64,000 nucleotides of DNA from an uncultured virus (IMG/VR IMGVR_UViG_3300021197_001946) (IMGVR_UViG_3300021197_001946), one strand, 5' to 3'. Positions 54,407-64,000 are shown, counted from the stretch's first letter. Notes: a model not told the origin generated them from the sequence alone. Program-made: numbers and translations.

Positions 54407-57400
54407 TTCTAAAATTAAATTTGTTGGACTACACGCACACTCTGTGGCGGGGTCTATTTTCGATGCTATTGGGTATCCACAAGATCATATGGATTTTGCA
54501 TACCAAAATGGCTGTGACGCCTTGGCGCTTACCGACCACGGCAATATGAACGGCCTTGCATATCAAGTGCTTCACGCAAAGAAGATGCAAGAGGCTGGTA
54601 AAGAGTTTAAGCCTATCTTTGGGTGCGAAGCTTACTTTACCCCTTCGATCGCAGAATGGCATGATGCATACAATCAAGCAATGGAAGATAAGAAGAAGGC
54701 ACGTGCTATCAAGAAGGATGCACAGTCAGGCGCCACCGTTGAGGATGAGGGTGATAGCAAAAAGACCCAAGGCATTCTCAAGCGCCGCCGCCACCTTGTG
54801 CTGTTGGCTCAAAACCAAACAGGGCTCAGCAACTTGTTTAAGCTTGTATCAGAATCATATCAGCCTGAGAATTTCTATCGATACCCACGCATTGATTATG
54901 CTCTATTGAAGAAGTATAACGAGGGGATTATTGCATCGTCTGCTTGTCTAGGTGGAGTATATGCTGGCAACTATTGGGAAAACAGAGAAGAGGGCCCCGA
55001 AGCTGTCCTTGAGTCAATGCGCGAATCGACGCGTCAAATGGTTGATATCTTTGGCGATCGTTGGTATGCAGAGATCCAGTGGAACAACATCAAAGAACAG
55101 CACGAACTTAACCAATATGTAATTCAAGTTGCGAAAGAGTTTGGTGTTGAGTTGATCACTACAGCCGATAGTCACTACCCCAACCCAGAAGCCTGGAAGG
55201 ACAGGGAACTTTATAAGCGCTTAGGGTGGCTTGGTAAAGGCCGACCCTCTTGGGCTGACGAAGAGTCACAACTTCCAGAAGGTGTTGAAGAGATTGGGTA
55301 TGAACTATATCCCAAGAATGGTGATCAGATGTGGAAGAGCTACAAAGAATACTCCGAAGCAAGTGGTTTCCTGTATGATGACGCGACTGTTCTGAAATCT
55401 ATCGAAGAAACCCACAGAATCGCCCACCAGCGCATCGAAAAATTCCTGCCCGACAACACAGTGCGGCTGCCAGAATTTGTTGTGCCAGCAGGATTCACGG
55501 CTACTCAGGCGCTTGTTAATTATGCACTCGAAGGTCTAAAGCAGAAAGGATTTCATAAAAATCCAAAATATGTGCAACGTTTGCGCGAAGAGCTTAACGT
55601 TATTGATGACAGAGGCTTTTCAAAATACTTCCTCACGATGAAGTCAATTGCCGATGTAGCTACTGAAATGATGCTCACTGGCCCGGGCCGTGGCTCAGCC
55701 GCCGGCTCCTTGGTAGCATATGCTCTCAATATTACGCAAGTTGACCCAATCAAGTACGGGCTACTGTTTTCTCGTTTCTTGCGTTCCGACGCAACTGATT
55801 ACCCAGATATCGATTACGATGTATCTGATAGTATGGCGCTGAAAGAGAAGCTTGTAGAAATGTGGGGCGCCGATTGTGTTGCGCCGATTTCCAACTGGAA
55901 CACCCTACAACTTAAGTCCCTCATTAAAGATATATCGAAACTCTATGGTATTGAATTTACAGAAGTCAACACAGTCACCTCTATTATGATCCGTGAAGCT
56001 ACACCTGATGCTAAGCGCAAGCACGGTATCAAAGCTGGTGTATATGCGCCCACTTGGGAAGAGGTCATTGAATTCTCCCCGACGCTTCGAGCGTATCTTA
56101 ATAAGTATCCAGCAGTTAAAACACACGTTGAGGGCCTCGTTGGTCAGGTTCGCTCTTGTTCACGTCACGCCGGCGGCGTTGTTATTGCCGAAAACCTTGA
56201 CAAAAGTATGCCACTGATCAATTCGGGTGGTGTTCGACAAGCTCCGTGGGCAGAAGGCCAGAACGTTCGACACCTTGAGCCGATGGGATTCATTAAGTTC
56301 GATTTGCTTGGTCTATCGACATTGAAGATGATGGAAGGGTGCATCGAACATGTGTTGCGTCGTCATCATAATGTTGAAAGCCCAAGCTTCGCACAAGTCC
56401 GCGACTACTATGAAAAGTATCTACATCCTGATGTTTTGGATATGAACGATCCAGGAGTTTACAAAAAGATATTCCATTCAGGTAAGTGGGCTGGTATCTT
56501 TCAGTTTACAGAAAGTGGAGCCCAGCAGTTTTGCACTCGTGTAAAGCCAACTAACATTATCGATGTTTCGGCTATTACCTCCATTTTTAGGCCCGGCCCA
56601 CTTTCGGCTGGAGTTGATAATGACTATGTGGAAGCAAAGGAACACCCACAGCGCATCAAATATCTTACACCAGAAGCTAGGGCAATCACTGAAGAAACTT
56701 TTGGCTTCCTCATCTTTCAAGAACAGATTGCATTGCTTGCACATAAGCTGGGTGGCCTTACTTTGGACGAAGGAAATATGCTGCGCAAGGTGCTTACAAA
56801 AAAGGGCACAGGCAAAGGCTCTGTGAAAGGTAGACTTCACGATAAATTCATTAAAGGGTGTGTTGCGAAAGACATTGACAGGGACGAGGCTCAATCGCTG
56901 TGGGATAAGTTTGAATTCTTCTCCGGCTACGGCTTTAACAAGTCGCATGCGGTCTCCTACTCAATTATTTCATATCAATGCGCGTGGCTCTATAATTATT
57001 ATCCTGCTGAGTGGATGGCAGCGTTTTTGGACAAGGAGCCCGAGTCTCGTAAAGAGAAGGCCATCAATATTGCCAAGCAGTTTGGTTTCGAGATTGAACC
57101 CCTTGACGTCAACAAATCAGGTACCGTATGGGAGATAAATGATGACGGAAAGACACTCATTCAACCGCTCACCTCTATTAAGGGCCTGGGCGCTGCAGCT
57201 ATCGAACAGATTTTAGCTAATCGCCCAATCAAGACTGCTGAAGAAATGTTGTTTAATGAGAATATCACTTATTCAAAGCTCAACAAGAAGTCGTTGGATG
57301 CCTTATGTCGAGGCGGTGCGCTAGACCAGCTGGTTGACGAGCGCTTCACAGGCCGCAAGCATTTTTGGTCTGCGTGTGTTGTGGATCGCCCTAAGAACCT

Positions 57401-57824
57401 GAAGAAACTTAGCGAAAATATTGAGCTATACCGCCCCGAAGGTGATTTTACTGAAGAAGAAATTATACAATTTAAATCAGACCTAACTGGTGTATTTCCA
57501 ATCAACTTAGTTATCAGTGATGAAACGGTTGAAAGACTGAAGGAGAAGTATATCCCGCCAATTTCTGAGTTTGATGAAGAACTACAGGTTTGTTGGTTTA
57601 TTCCACGCAAAGTTGCCGAGAGAAAAACAAAAAATGGTAAGCTTTATTGGATTGTTGAGGTGATTGACTCCAATAACGAACTAACTAAGATAAGGTGTTG
57701 GGGCGTAAAACCCGCTAAGGATAAGATACACCTTAACCGACCATATATGGCTCGACTGAAATATGATCAGAACTGGGGCTTCTCCACGTATGCTATCGGA
57801 AAAACTTTTAAACTGTTAGGATAA
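54393..57824 (+). CDS. dnaE: DNA polymerase III alpha subunit (family C)
   Basis: PHP domain LHAHS, TDHG; GPGRGSAAGSL, PDIDYD, HAGG, KFDLLGL, YGFNKSHA. Confidence 0.96.
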   Translation: MNRVDSKIKFVGLHAHSVAGSIFDAIGYPQDHMDFAYQNGCDALALTDHGNMNGLAYQVLHAKKMQEAGKEFKPIFGCEAYFTPSIAEWHDAYNQAMEDKKKARAIKKDAQSGATVEDEGDSKKTQGILKRRRHLVLLAQNQTGLSNLFKLVSESYQPENFYRYPRIDYALLKKYNEGIIASSACLGGVYAGNYWENREEGPEAVLESMRESTRQMVDIFGDRWYAEIQWNNIKEQHELNQYVIQVAKEFGVELITTADSHYPNPEAWKDRELYKRLGWLGKGRPSWADEESQLPEGVEEIGYELYPKNGDQMWKSYKEYSEASGFLYDDATVLKSIEETHRIAHQRIEKFLPDNTVRLPEFVVPAGFTATQALVNYALEGLKQKGFHKNPKYVQRLREELNVIDDRGFSKYFLTMKSIADVATEMMLTGPGRGSAAGSLVAYALNITQVDPIKYGLLFSRFLRSDATDYPDIDYDVSDSMALKEKLVEMWGADCVAPISNWNTLQLKSLIKDISKLYGIEFTEVNTVTSIMIREATPDAKRKHGIKAGVYAPTWEEVIEFSPTLRAYLNKYPAVKTHVEGLVGQVRSCSRHAGGVVIAENLDKSMPLINSGGVRQAPWAEGQNVRHLEPMGFIKFDLLGLSTLKMMEGCIEHVLRRHHNVESPSFAQVRDYYEKYLHPDVLDMNDPGVYKKIFHSGKWAGIFQFTESGAQQFCTRVKPTNIIDVSAITSIFRPGPLSAGVDNDYVEAKEHPQRIKYLTPEARAITEETFGFLIFQEQIALLAHKLGGLTLDEGNMLRKVLTKKGTGKGSVKGRLHDKFIKGCVAKDIDRDEAQSLWDKFEFFSGYGFNKSHAVSYSIISYQCAWLYNYYPAEWMAAFLDKEPESRKEKAINIAKQFGFEIEPLDVNKSGTVWEINDDGKTLIQPLTSIKGLGAAAIEQILANRPIKTAEEMLFNENITYSKLNKKSLDALCRGGALDQLVDERFTGRKHFWSACVVDRPKNLKKLSENIELYRPEGDFTEEEIIQFKSDLTGVFPINLVISDETVERLKEKYIPPISEFDEELQVCWFIPRKVAERKTKNGKLYWIVEVIDSNNELTKIRCWGVKPAKDKIHLNRPYMARLKYDQNWGFSTYAIGKTFKLLG

Positions 57825-57832
57825 AAAAACCA

Positions 57833-58438
57833 ATGCACATACTCAAAACGTTCAGCCCGCTTCTTAAGGAACCATCTCTTCTTGACGATTTACCGGTCGT
57901 AGCAAGAATCAACAAATTTGACGAGGCAACAGCAAAAGCATTTTCTTCTGTTGTTTCAAAGGCTCAAAATACAGGTCAGCCAGTTTTGCCAATAATTATA
58001 GACAGCTATGGTGGACAGGTCTATAGTTTAATGTCAATGATTTCTAATATTAAACATAGCAGGATCCCTGTTGCGACTATTATCGAAGGCAAAGCGATGT
58101 CTTGTGGAGCAATTTTGTTTAGTTTTGGGCAGGAAGGTATGCGTTACGTAGACCCCGACGCTACAATTATGATTCACGAAGTTAGCTCGATGAGTTGGGG
58201 TAAAGTTGAAGAGATCAAGGTCAGCGCCGATGAGACCGATCGATTAAACAAGAAGATTTTCCAAATGATGGCTGAGAACTGTGGCCACCATAAGGACTAT
58301 TTCCTTGATATTGTGCACGAGAAAGGTCACGCTGATTGGTTTCTAGATGCCGATGAGTGCTTAAAGCACGGCCTGGCAAACTATTCACATATTCCTGAGC
58401 TTATAGTAGATACGCGAGTATCTTTCAAGTTTGAATAG
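57833..58438 (+). CDS. clpP: ClpP-like serine protease
   Basis: IDSYGGQV, AMSCG (Ser), IMIHE (His), DWFLDADECLKHGL. Confidence 0.85.
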   Translation: MHILKTFSPLLKEPSLLDDLPVVARINKFDEATAKAFSSVVSKAQNTGQPVLPIIIDSYGGQVYSLMSMISNIKHSRIPVATIIEGKAMSCGAILFSFGQEGMRYVDPDATIMIHEVSSMSWGKVEEIKVSADETDRLNKKIFQMMAENCGHHKDYFLDIVHEKGHADWFLDADECLKHGLANYSHIPELIVDTRVSFKFE

Positions 58439-58451
58439 TTCTATATAGAGC

Positions 58452-59156
58452 ATGTCTGTCGCTAAAAAATTAAAGTGGAGGCGCGCCCTCTCCCGATTGA
58501 GATTTTGTTACGACGAACTGGAGTATACCAGAGAGTCAGCTAAGGCCTCTGCACCCGAATTTGAAGCATACTATCGTAAATTTTGTGCTGAGCACAACAT
58601 AGACATCTCTCAACTTGATCAGAACCACAAAGAGAGGCTCGACAATTTATATAGACGTCCAGAGATAACTGATGACGACGCTGACGATCAGCCCGATATA
58701 GATACAGTTGGCGATACGGCGATAGTAATTCATGATGATCTTCCCTTAGAGGGGGCTGAAGAGTATGAAATGACGTCCGATGACATAGCTATGCACGAAT
58801 CGTTCTCGAAACTGTTCAAACAGATTGCCCTCAAACTTCACCCTGACCGAATAGATAAATCATTACCAGACGACGAAATAAAGTCGAGAATAAATATGTT
58901 CCAAAAAGCCAATGACGCCTTTGAGAACAAAAAATATTATTTATTACTTGATTATGCCGATAAGTATAACATCTCAGTGCCAAAAAATTATGACCAACAA
59001 ATTCGCTGGATGAAACGCGAGAGCGAAAAGGTCGTAGGCACGGTAGATTCTCACAAGAACACCTACAATTTTAATTTTTCCCAAGCTGAAACTGATGAAG
59101 AGAAGACAGCCTTGATTAAAAAATTTATATACCAAGTTTTTCGAATTATTGTATAA
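58452..59156 (+). CDS. J-domain (DnaJ-like) protein
   Basis: KLFKQIALKLHPDR...MFQKANDAFE. Confidence 0.7.
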   Translation: MSVAKKLKWRRALSRLRFCYDELEYTRESAKASAPEFEAYYRKFCAEHNIDISQLDQNHKERLDNLYRRPEITDDDADDQPDIDTVGDTAIVIHDDLPLEGAEEYEMTSDDIAMHESFSKLFKQIALKLHPDRIDKSLPDDEIKSRINMFQKANDAFENKKYYLLLDYADKYNISVPKNYDQQIRWMKRESEKVVGTVDSHKNTYNFNFSQAETDEEKTALIKKFIYQVFRIIV

Positions 59157-59163
59157 AAACCTG

Positions 59164-59192
59164 TTGACTTCACAGAACTGGTGTGGTATATT
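59164..59192 (+). promoter_or_regulatory. Sigma70-type promoter
   Basis: TTGACT-17 nt-TATATT with extended TG; AGGAGG RBS. Confidence 0.75.
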
Positions 59193-59217
59193 AATAAAGA
59201 ACTTATAGGAGGGCCTA

Positions 59218-59472
59218 ATGGCTACAACAAACCAAGAGCGTAAGCGCTATGTCAAGGAGTATATCCGCTCACTGGCAGCAATCGAAGAGGCAATGGAGCC
59301 TTACAAGGAGCAGAAGCGAGATCTGCGAACCGAGTTTAAGGAAAACAATTGGCTCAGCACTGACGAGATTAGTGCAGCAGTCAAAGCATATCGACTGTTT
59401 AAGGGTAAAGTGAATATCGACGAAGTAGTAGAAAACTTCCAAATGTTTTCAGGAGACGAAGATGATTCTTGA
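59218..59472 (+). CDS. Small helical DNA-binding protein (T4 DsbA/GapR-like)
   Basis: VKEYIRSLAAIEE....KEQKRDL..EFK pattern. Confidence 0.45.
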   Translation: MATTNQERKRYVKEYIRSLAAIEEAMEPYKEQKRDLRTEFKENNWLSTDEISAAVKAYRLFKGKVNIDEVVENFQMFSGDEDDS

Positions 59473-59923
59473 GTATGCGTTCGCTAGAAAAAATGCACAC
59501 AGCCCCGAGCGTGCAAACCCATCTGATGCAGGCCTTGACGTTTTTTACTCGCCTGACCAAGATAATCAAGCAATTATGATTGAACCAGGTGACAGCAAGG
59601 TGATTCCAACCGGGCTGCGCTTCGGAGTGCCACATGGCTATATGTTAGAGGTGAAAAACAGAAGCTCAGTAGCCGCTAAGCGATCTCTGATTGTAGGCGC
59701 CTGCGTGGTAGACTCTGGGTATGATGGAGAAGTGTTTGTGAATTTGCATAATGTAGGCTCGAACACCCAATATGTCCGCAAGGGGGACAAGATTGCACAA
59801 CTAGTAATGATTCCAGTAGTGCATTTTAGAGCGATGGCTAGCCATTCAGGGGACCTATACGGAAGCCCAATTACAATTAGTGACAGGGGCGATGGAGCCC
59901 TGGGGAGTACAGATGAGTCCTGA
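59462..59923 (+). CDS. dut: dUTPase (trimeric)
   Basis: DAGLD, IPTG, NRSS, VDSGYDGE, IAQLV, RGDGALGST. Confidence 0.93.
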   Translation: MILEYAFARKNAHSPERANPSDAGLDVFYSPDQDNQAIMIEPGDSKVIPTGLRFGVPHGYMLEVKNRSSVAAKRSLIVGACVVDSGYDGEVFVNLHNVGSNTQYVRKGDKIAQLVMIPVVHFRAMASHSGDLYGSPITISDRGDGALGSTDES

Positions 59924-60422
59924 GCAAGAATATCGCAAGCTATACGAGCGAATGGCACAAATTTGTGAACAGCAAGGATGGGGAGATCCATTCAGTTATG
60001 CTCGAAGTAAAGAGATTTACGCAGCTACAGTATTGGGTCACACAGTGGCCACCACATTTTCTGGTGCCGATGCGTTTAACCAAGCTAATCAGCCGGTGGA
60101 ATATAAGTCTACGATTGCAAAGAACTGCAAGGGATCATATACCGGCATTTCCGTGCAAGAAACTTGGGAAGAGCAAGAGAGATATTTATTTGAAGAAAAG
60201 CTTGCAAAATATCCCGAACACTATTATAATAGATTTAACGCTGGAAAACTAGTTGAATCTTGGATGATGAAGGGTGCTGATGTCTTTGACGTTTTGACCC
60301 CAAAGCTAGAAGCAAAATATCCAGATGTCCTTACTAAGAAGGACCCACGCCTTAGTGCAAATGTATCTTGGAGAGAAATCAAACAATATGGAAAAAAGGT
60401 ATATGAAAATGAACAAAAATAA
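59913..60422 (+). CDS. Putative PD-(D/E)xK endonuclease
   Basis: E...GADA...VEYKS spacing; directly upstream of two MTases; likely start 59913. Confidence 0.45.
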   Translation: MSPEQEYRKLYERMAQICEQQGWGDPFSYARSKEIYAATVLGHTVATTFSGADAFNQANQPVEYKSTIAKNCKGSYTGISVQETWEEQERYLFEEKLAKYPEHYYNRFNAGKLVESWMMKGADVFDVLTPKLEAKYPDVLTKKDPRLSANVSWREIKQYGKKVYENEQK

Positions 60423-60425
60423 AGT

Positions 60426-61364
60426 ATGAGCAACATAGCCCTCAAACACCAAGAAGGTCTGCAATTTCTGTCGGATATACCCGACAACTCTGTAGATCTA
60501 ATCTTGACAGACCCCCCTTATATCACATCGCGTGATTCAGGTATGGACAAGTGGGTCGATCATGTAGCGAAGCAAGATGAGGCTGGGGCTAAGAACCTAC
60601 GTACTGTTGAACAGTGGCAGGACCTTAAAACACTTCGTGAGTGGGTTGATTTTCTAAAAAATGATCGGTCATTGTACAACTATGATGAGGAAGGCAAGCC
60701 GTCTGAACTAATCACTGGATTACCAAAGCGAAAGCTAAAGAAGTATAAGGCAGACTACCTCAAATATGGTAGTATCTACGGTAAAAAGTATGCCGTTAAA
60801 ACCAACTATGGTGATTGGGATTCGCAGTTTACTATGGAGCAGCTTGAGCTTTTCACTAAGCACTTCTATCGCATTCTTCGTCCTGGTGGCACGTGCATTA
60901 TATTCTTTGATTTGTGGAAGATTACTAATCTCAAGGACATGCTTGAGGGCGAGAAGTTTAAGCAAATCAGGCTTATCGAATGGATTAAGACAAACCCACA
61001 ACCAATCAACAGCAAAGTAAATTACCTTACAAACTGTAGAGAGATTGCACTGCTGGGTGTTAAGAAGTCCAAGCCGACGTTCAACAGCAAATATGACAAG
61101 GGTATTTACGAATACCCCCTCCAGGGCGGCAAAAATCGTTTCCACCCTACGCAAAAAAGTCTGCCACTGTTTGAGGCCTTGATAGAAAAGCACTCGAAGG
61201 AAGGGGACTTGGTGCTCGATTGTTTTGCTGGGTCTGCCACCACTGCGATCGCAGCAATCAAAACTAATCGTAACTTTGTTGGTTGCGAGATGGATGAGAC
61301 ATATTATAACAAATCACTAGAAAGGATAGAAAGTGAACAAAACAACACAAAAAACAATGTTTAG
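60426..61364 (+). CDS. DNA amino-methyltransferase (N6A/N4C, beta class)
   Basis: DLILTDPPY, HPTQKS, VLDCFAGSATT. Confidence 0.92.
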   Translation: MSNIALKHQEGLQFLSDIPDNSVDLILTDPPYITSRDSGMDKWVDHVAKQDEAGAKNLRTVEQWQDLKTLREWVDFLKNDRSLYNYDEEGKPSELITGLPKRKLKKYKADYLKYGSIYGKKYAVKTNYGDWDSQFTMEQLELFTKHFYRILRPGGTCIIFFDLWKITNLKDMLEGEKFKQIRLIEWIKTNPQPINSKVNYLTNCREIALLGVKKSKPTFNSKYDKGIYEYPLQGGKNRFHPTQKSLPLFEALIEKHSKEGDLVLDCFAGSATTAIAAIKTNRNFVGCEMDETYYNKSLERIESEQNNTKNNV

Positions 61365-61806
61365 CTCTGCCACTGGCAACTGGGCAACCCCACAAGACTT
61401 TTTTGACAAGCTAAGCTGGCGTTTCGGTCCTTTTGATTTGGATCCTTGCGCAAGCACACACAATACCAAGTGTGCTAACTTCTTTACAAAGGCTGAGAAT
61501 GGTTTGGAGAAAGATTGGGAAGGCTTCACCTGTTTTGTTAACCCTCCGTATGGAAGGGGTATTGACAAGTGGATCGAAAAAGGTTACAATGAAGCTATGA
61601 AAACTGGCACAAAGGTAGTTATGCTCATTCCGGCCCGAACCGATACCAAGTATTGGCACAAGTATGTAATGAAGGCATCAGAGATTCACTTTGTGAAAGG
61701 TCGCCTAAAGTTTGGTGACAGTAAGAATTCCGCACCATTCCCATCAGCAGTCGTAGTATTTGATGGCGGCGATGAATTGTGGAGAGTAGAAGGTATCAAC
61801 AGATAG
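61333..61806 (+). CDS. Phage N6-adenine DNA methyltransferase (phage Dam-like)
   Basis: WATPQ, FDLDPCA, FVNPPYG, LIPARTDT, GRLKF, APFPS. Confidence 0.9.
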   Translation: MNKTTQKTMFSSATGNWATPQDFFDKLSWRFGPFDLDPCASTHNTKCANFFTKAENGLEKDWEGFTCFVNPPYGRGIDKWIEKGYNEAMKTGTKVVMLIPARTDTKYWHKYVMKASEIHFVKGRLKFGDSKNSAPFPSAVVVFDGGDELWRVEGINR

Positions 61807-61812
61807 GAGTAT

Positions 61813-62172
61813 ATGATGACCGAAGAAGTATTACAATCAGCAATTTTAAGGCTCAAGTCTAGAGCAGTTGAGAGATTTGCAATTATTAAAGACTTATATC
61901 ACAGGCCTGCGTCAACGGAGACTGTTGATCAGATCGTTCAACATTCTATTGCGCTGGCACAACTTGAAGGCGCCCTTATCACGCTGCAGCAATACTCTGG
62001 CACTCTTGCCAGCCAAACCGCGGCCGAGGCTGAGTCCAACCAACCAGAGGAACCCACAGAGGTTAATGTTGAAGAAGAGCTTGCAGAAGAAGAGCCCAGC
62101 ATAGGTCATGATGAGCTTATGCAGCGTTCTAAGATGTATCGCGATTCGCAGAAGAGAAGGAAGAAAAAGTGA
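61813..62172 (+). CDS. Hypothetical protein
   Basis: AGGAG RBS; ORF. Confidence 0.7.
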   Translation: MMTEEVLQSAILRLKSRAVERFAIIKDLYHRPASTETVDQIVQHSIALAQLEGALITLQQYSGTLASQTAAEAESNQPEEPTEVNVEEELAEEEPSIGHDELMQRSKMYRDSQKRRKKK

Positions 62173-62444
62173 ATCGCAAACAGAGAAGGGCTTTTGACAA
62201 GGCTCAAAAAAAGGCAGATGGCAGTTCAAAGATAGCAAACCAAGTTGCACTTTTTGAAAAACTACCAGAAATGTGCCTGACTTGCGAAAAGTCGTTTGAT
62301 AAAAAAAGTAAAGAGATGGCAAAAACTTGGAATGTTGTCGTAAAAGACAAGGACACAGTCAGGCTTTATTGTCCTGAATGTTGGAACAGAGCAAATGAAA
62401 TTATAAAAGAGGTTATGAAAAATGGTGGAGAGAATAGGGGTTGA
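62169..62444 (+). CDS. Zinc-ribbon hypothetical protein
   Basis: NRKQRR N-terminus; CLTC...CPEC. Confidence 0.7.
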   Translation: MNRKQRRAFDKAQKKADGSSKIANQVALFEKLPEMCLTCEKSFDKKSKEMAKTWNVVVKDKDTVRLYCPECWNRANEIIKEVMKNGGENRG

Positions 62445-62796
62445 AACCCTAAGAAGATTAAAAAACGGTAAGCTTTCTGAAAATGCAACTTGCATTGTGA
62501 AGTTTTACTCACAAGAGTGTCACCTATGTCACGCATTGAAAGATTACTATCAAGACTTAGCAGAATCATACAAAGATGATAGTAAGAATTTATTTTTCTT
62601 TGCTTTTAATGTTGATGATGTTGAAGGCAATTTAGATAAGATAATCAAAATCAATGGTGTCCCGACGATTGCTAGCTTTCGTGGGGGCCCAAGCCGGAAT
62701 ATTAAAATTAGAGTACTTGGCGATCCAGAAAAGCCAAATGAAAAAACCTGGTACTACATTAAAGATATTAGAAAATTTATTGAGAGCAGCATATGA
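62422..62796 (+). CDS. Thioredoxin-like protein
   Basis: IVKFYSQECHLC, NVDD, GVPT. Confidence 0.8.
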   Translation: MVERIGVETLRRLKNGKLSENATCIVKFYSQECHLCHALKDYYQDLAESYKDDSKNLFFFAFNVDDVEGNLDKIIKINGVPTIASFRGGPSRNIKIRVLGDPEKPNEKTWYYIKDIRKFIESSI

Positions 62797-63845
62797 TACA
62801 AGAAACTAAAAAATACCCTAACGGGCTTTCCTATGACGACGTGCTACTGAAGCCACAATATTCAGACATACGCTCACGAAGCGAAATTGATATTTCGTCG
62901 GCCCTGGGTGACAAGTTAAAACTTAAGTTACCTATCATAGCGTCACCAATGGATACGGTATCAGAAACTGATATGGCCATTGTCACAAGTCGACTCGGCG
63001 GTACCGCAATTATCCATAGGTATAACACGATACCAGAGCAAATTAACTTAATGAAAAATGCCTATAAAAAAACAAGAATACCGCCTGTTTTTGGTGCAGC
63101 CGTCGGTATCTCTGGAGACTATCTAGAAAGAGCCTCGGAACTTATCAGGCACGGCGCTCGTATACTGTGCGTGGATGTAGCGCACGGCCATCATATTTTA
63201 ATGAAGGATGCATTGGCAAATATTAAAAAATTACACAAGATTGAAAATGTGCACCTGATGGCAGGCAATGTCGCGACTCTAGAGGGAATCAATGACTTGG
63301 CGGACTGGGGAGCAGACTCGGTTCGATGCAATATTGGCGGTGGCTCGATTTGCTCAACGCGGATTCAGACTGGTCACGGCCTTCCCGGGCTGCAGACGAT
63401 CCTTGAGTGCGCGCAGACAGATAGGGATATCAAGATCATTGCAGACGGCGGCATAAAGAATTCGGGGGACATTGTAAAAGCCCTGGCTGCTGGGGCTGAT
63501 GCTGTTATGGTCGGTTCTCTACTCTCTGGAACCGACGAGTCTCCCGGAGAGATACTGACGAGCAGAGACGGCTCAAGATGGAAGAGCTATCGAGGTATGG
63601 CTTCTAAAGAAGCACAAATGGACTGGCGAGGAAAGTACTCCTCTTTCGAGGGTGTTGCCAGTAGAGTGCCATACCGCGGCCCTGTGGAGGCAATTCTGAG
63701 AGATCTTGAAAAAGGGATTAGATCGGGATTCTCATATTCAGGCGCCCGGACCCTACCGGAGCTACACGCCAAAGCAGAATTTATTGTCCAGACGTCGCTG
63801 GGATTATCAGAGAGTAAAACACACATTTTATCGAGGAACTGGTAA
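62793..63845 (+). CDS. IMP dehydrogenase/GMP reductase family (no CBS domains)
   Basis: [46 protein letters not shown]. Confidence 0.92.
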   Translation: MIQETKKYPNGLSYDDVLLKPQYSDIRSRSEIDISSALGDKLKLKLPIIASPMDTVSETDMAIVTSRLGGTAIIHRYNTIPEQINLMKNAYKKTRIPPVFGAAVGISGDYLERASELIRHGARILCVDVAHGHHILMKDALANIKKLHKIENVHLMAGNVATLEGINDLADWGADSVRCNIGGGSICSTRIQTGHGLPGLQTILECAQTDRDIKIIADGGIKNSGDIVKALAAGADAVMVGSLLSGTDESPGEILTSRDGSRWKSYRGMASKEAQMDWRGKYSSFEGVASRVPYRGPVEAILRDLEKGIRSGFSYSGARTLPELHAKAEFIVQTSLGLSESKTHILSRNW

Positions 63846-64000
63846 TGTCGAATGATATTGAATATGGAAAGCTTACAAAAAGAGTGGTGTTTACCGAGAA
63901 TGATCACCGGCATGCCCAATTGACAATCAGGCTCAAGCACGATAATCTAAGGCAATCAGATTTTTTCAGAAGTATGATAACGGGATATCTAAATAACGAT
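63845..64000 (+). CDS. Hypothetical protein (partial)
   Basis: TAATG-coupled start [16 protein letters not shown]..., runs off the window. Confidence 0.6.
   Translation, partial: MSNDIEYGKLTKRVVFTENDHRHAQLTIRLKHDNLRQSDFFRSMITGYLNND

Noticed and set aside
1..64000. Stop-codon reassignment as in some large phages
   Set aside because: Core genes are intact in code 11; TAG, TGA and TAA all terminate genes at sensible positions
1..64000. tRNA genes, introns or inteins in terminase, RNR, DnaE or helicase
   Set aside because: No cloverleaf recognised in the short intergenic spaces; proteins are of normal length without intein motifs (by eye only)

Overview
The window is a gene-dense, essentially all plus-strand segment of a large tailed dsDNA phage with T4-like contractile-tail (myovirus) virion genes, read in the standard genetic code. 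About 1-40 kb is the late/virion module: putative lysis membrane genes, terminase, portal, prohead protease, scaffold, major capsid protein, paralogous fibre proteins, neck, sheath, tube, tail chaperone, tape measure and baseplate. A phage ribosomal protein bS21 and a stand-alone Smr-domain gene sit among these. About 40-64 kb is the replication/metabolism module: minimal PolA, tubulin-like protein, gp32-like SSB, RecA/UvsX, lipoprotein cytochrome c, UvsE, 5'-3' exonuclease, DnaB-like helicase, class II RNR, GroES, amidase, DnaE, ClpP, J-domain protein, dUTPase, a possible endonuclease plus two methyltransferases, thioredoxin and IMPDH/GMPR. Two promoter classes are visible: CTATTTA-type before virion genes and sigma70-type before replication genes. 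The most interesting signals are (i) short peptide tags plus L/I-x-E sites shared by unrelated head-region proteins, suggesting a capsid cargo-loading system; (ii) a dense [S/T]-[G/A]-S motif in outer virion proteins, a possible modification sequon; (iii) a candidate +1/-2 frameshift in the tail chaperone; (iv) strong over-representation of GCCGGC; and (v) twin pseudoknot-like RNA elements downstream of the SSB gene. All calls are by-eye motif recognition; no searches were run. There is one 100-N scaffold gap with an artefactual flanking duplication.
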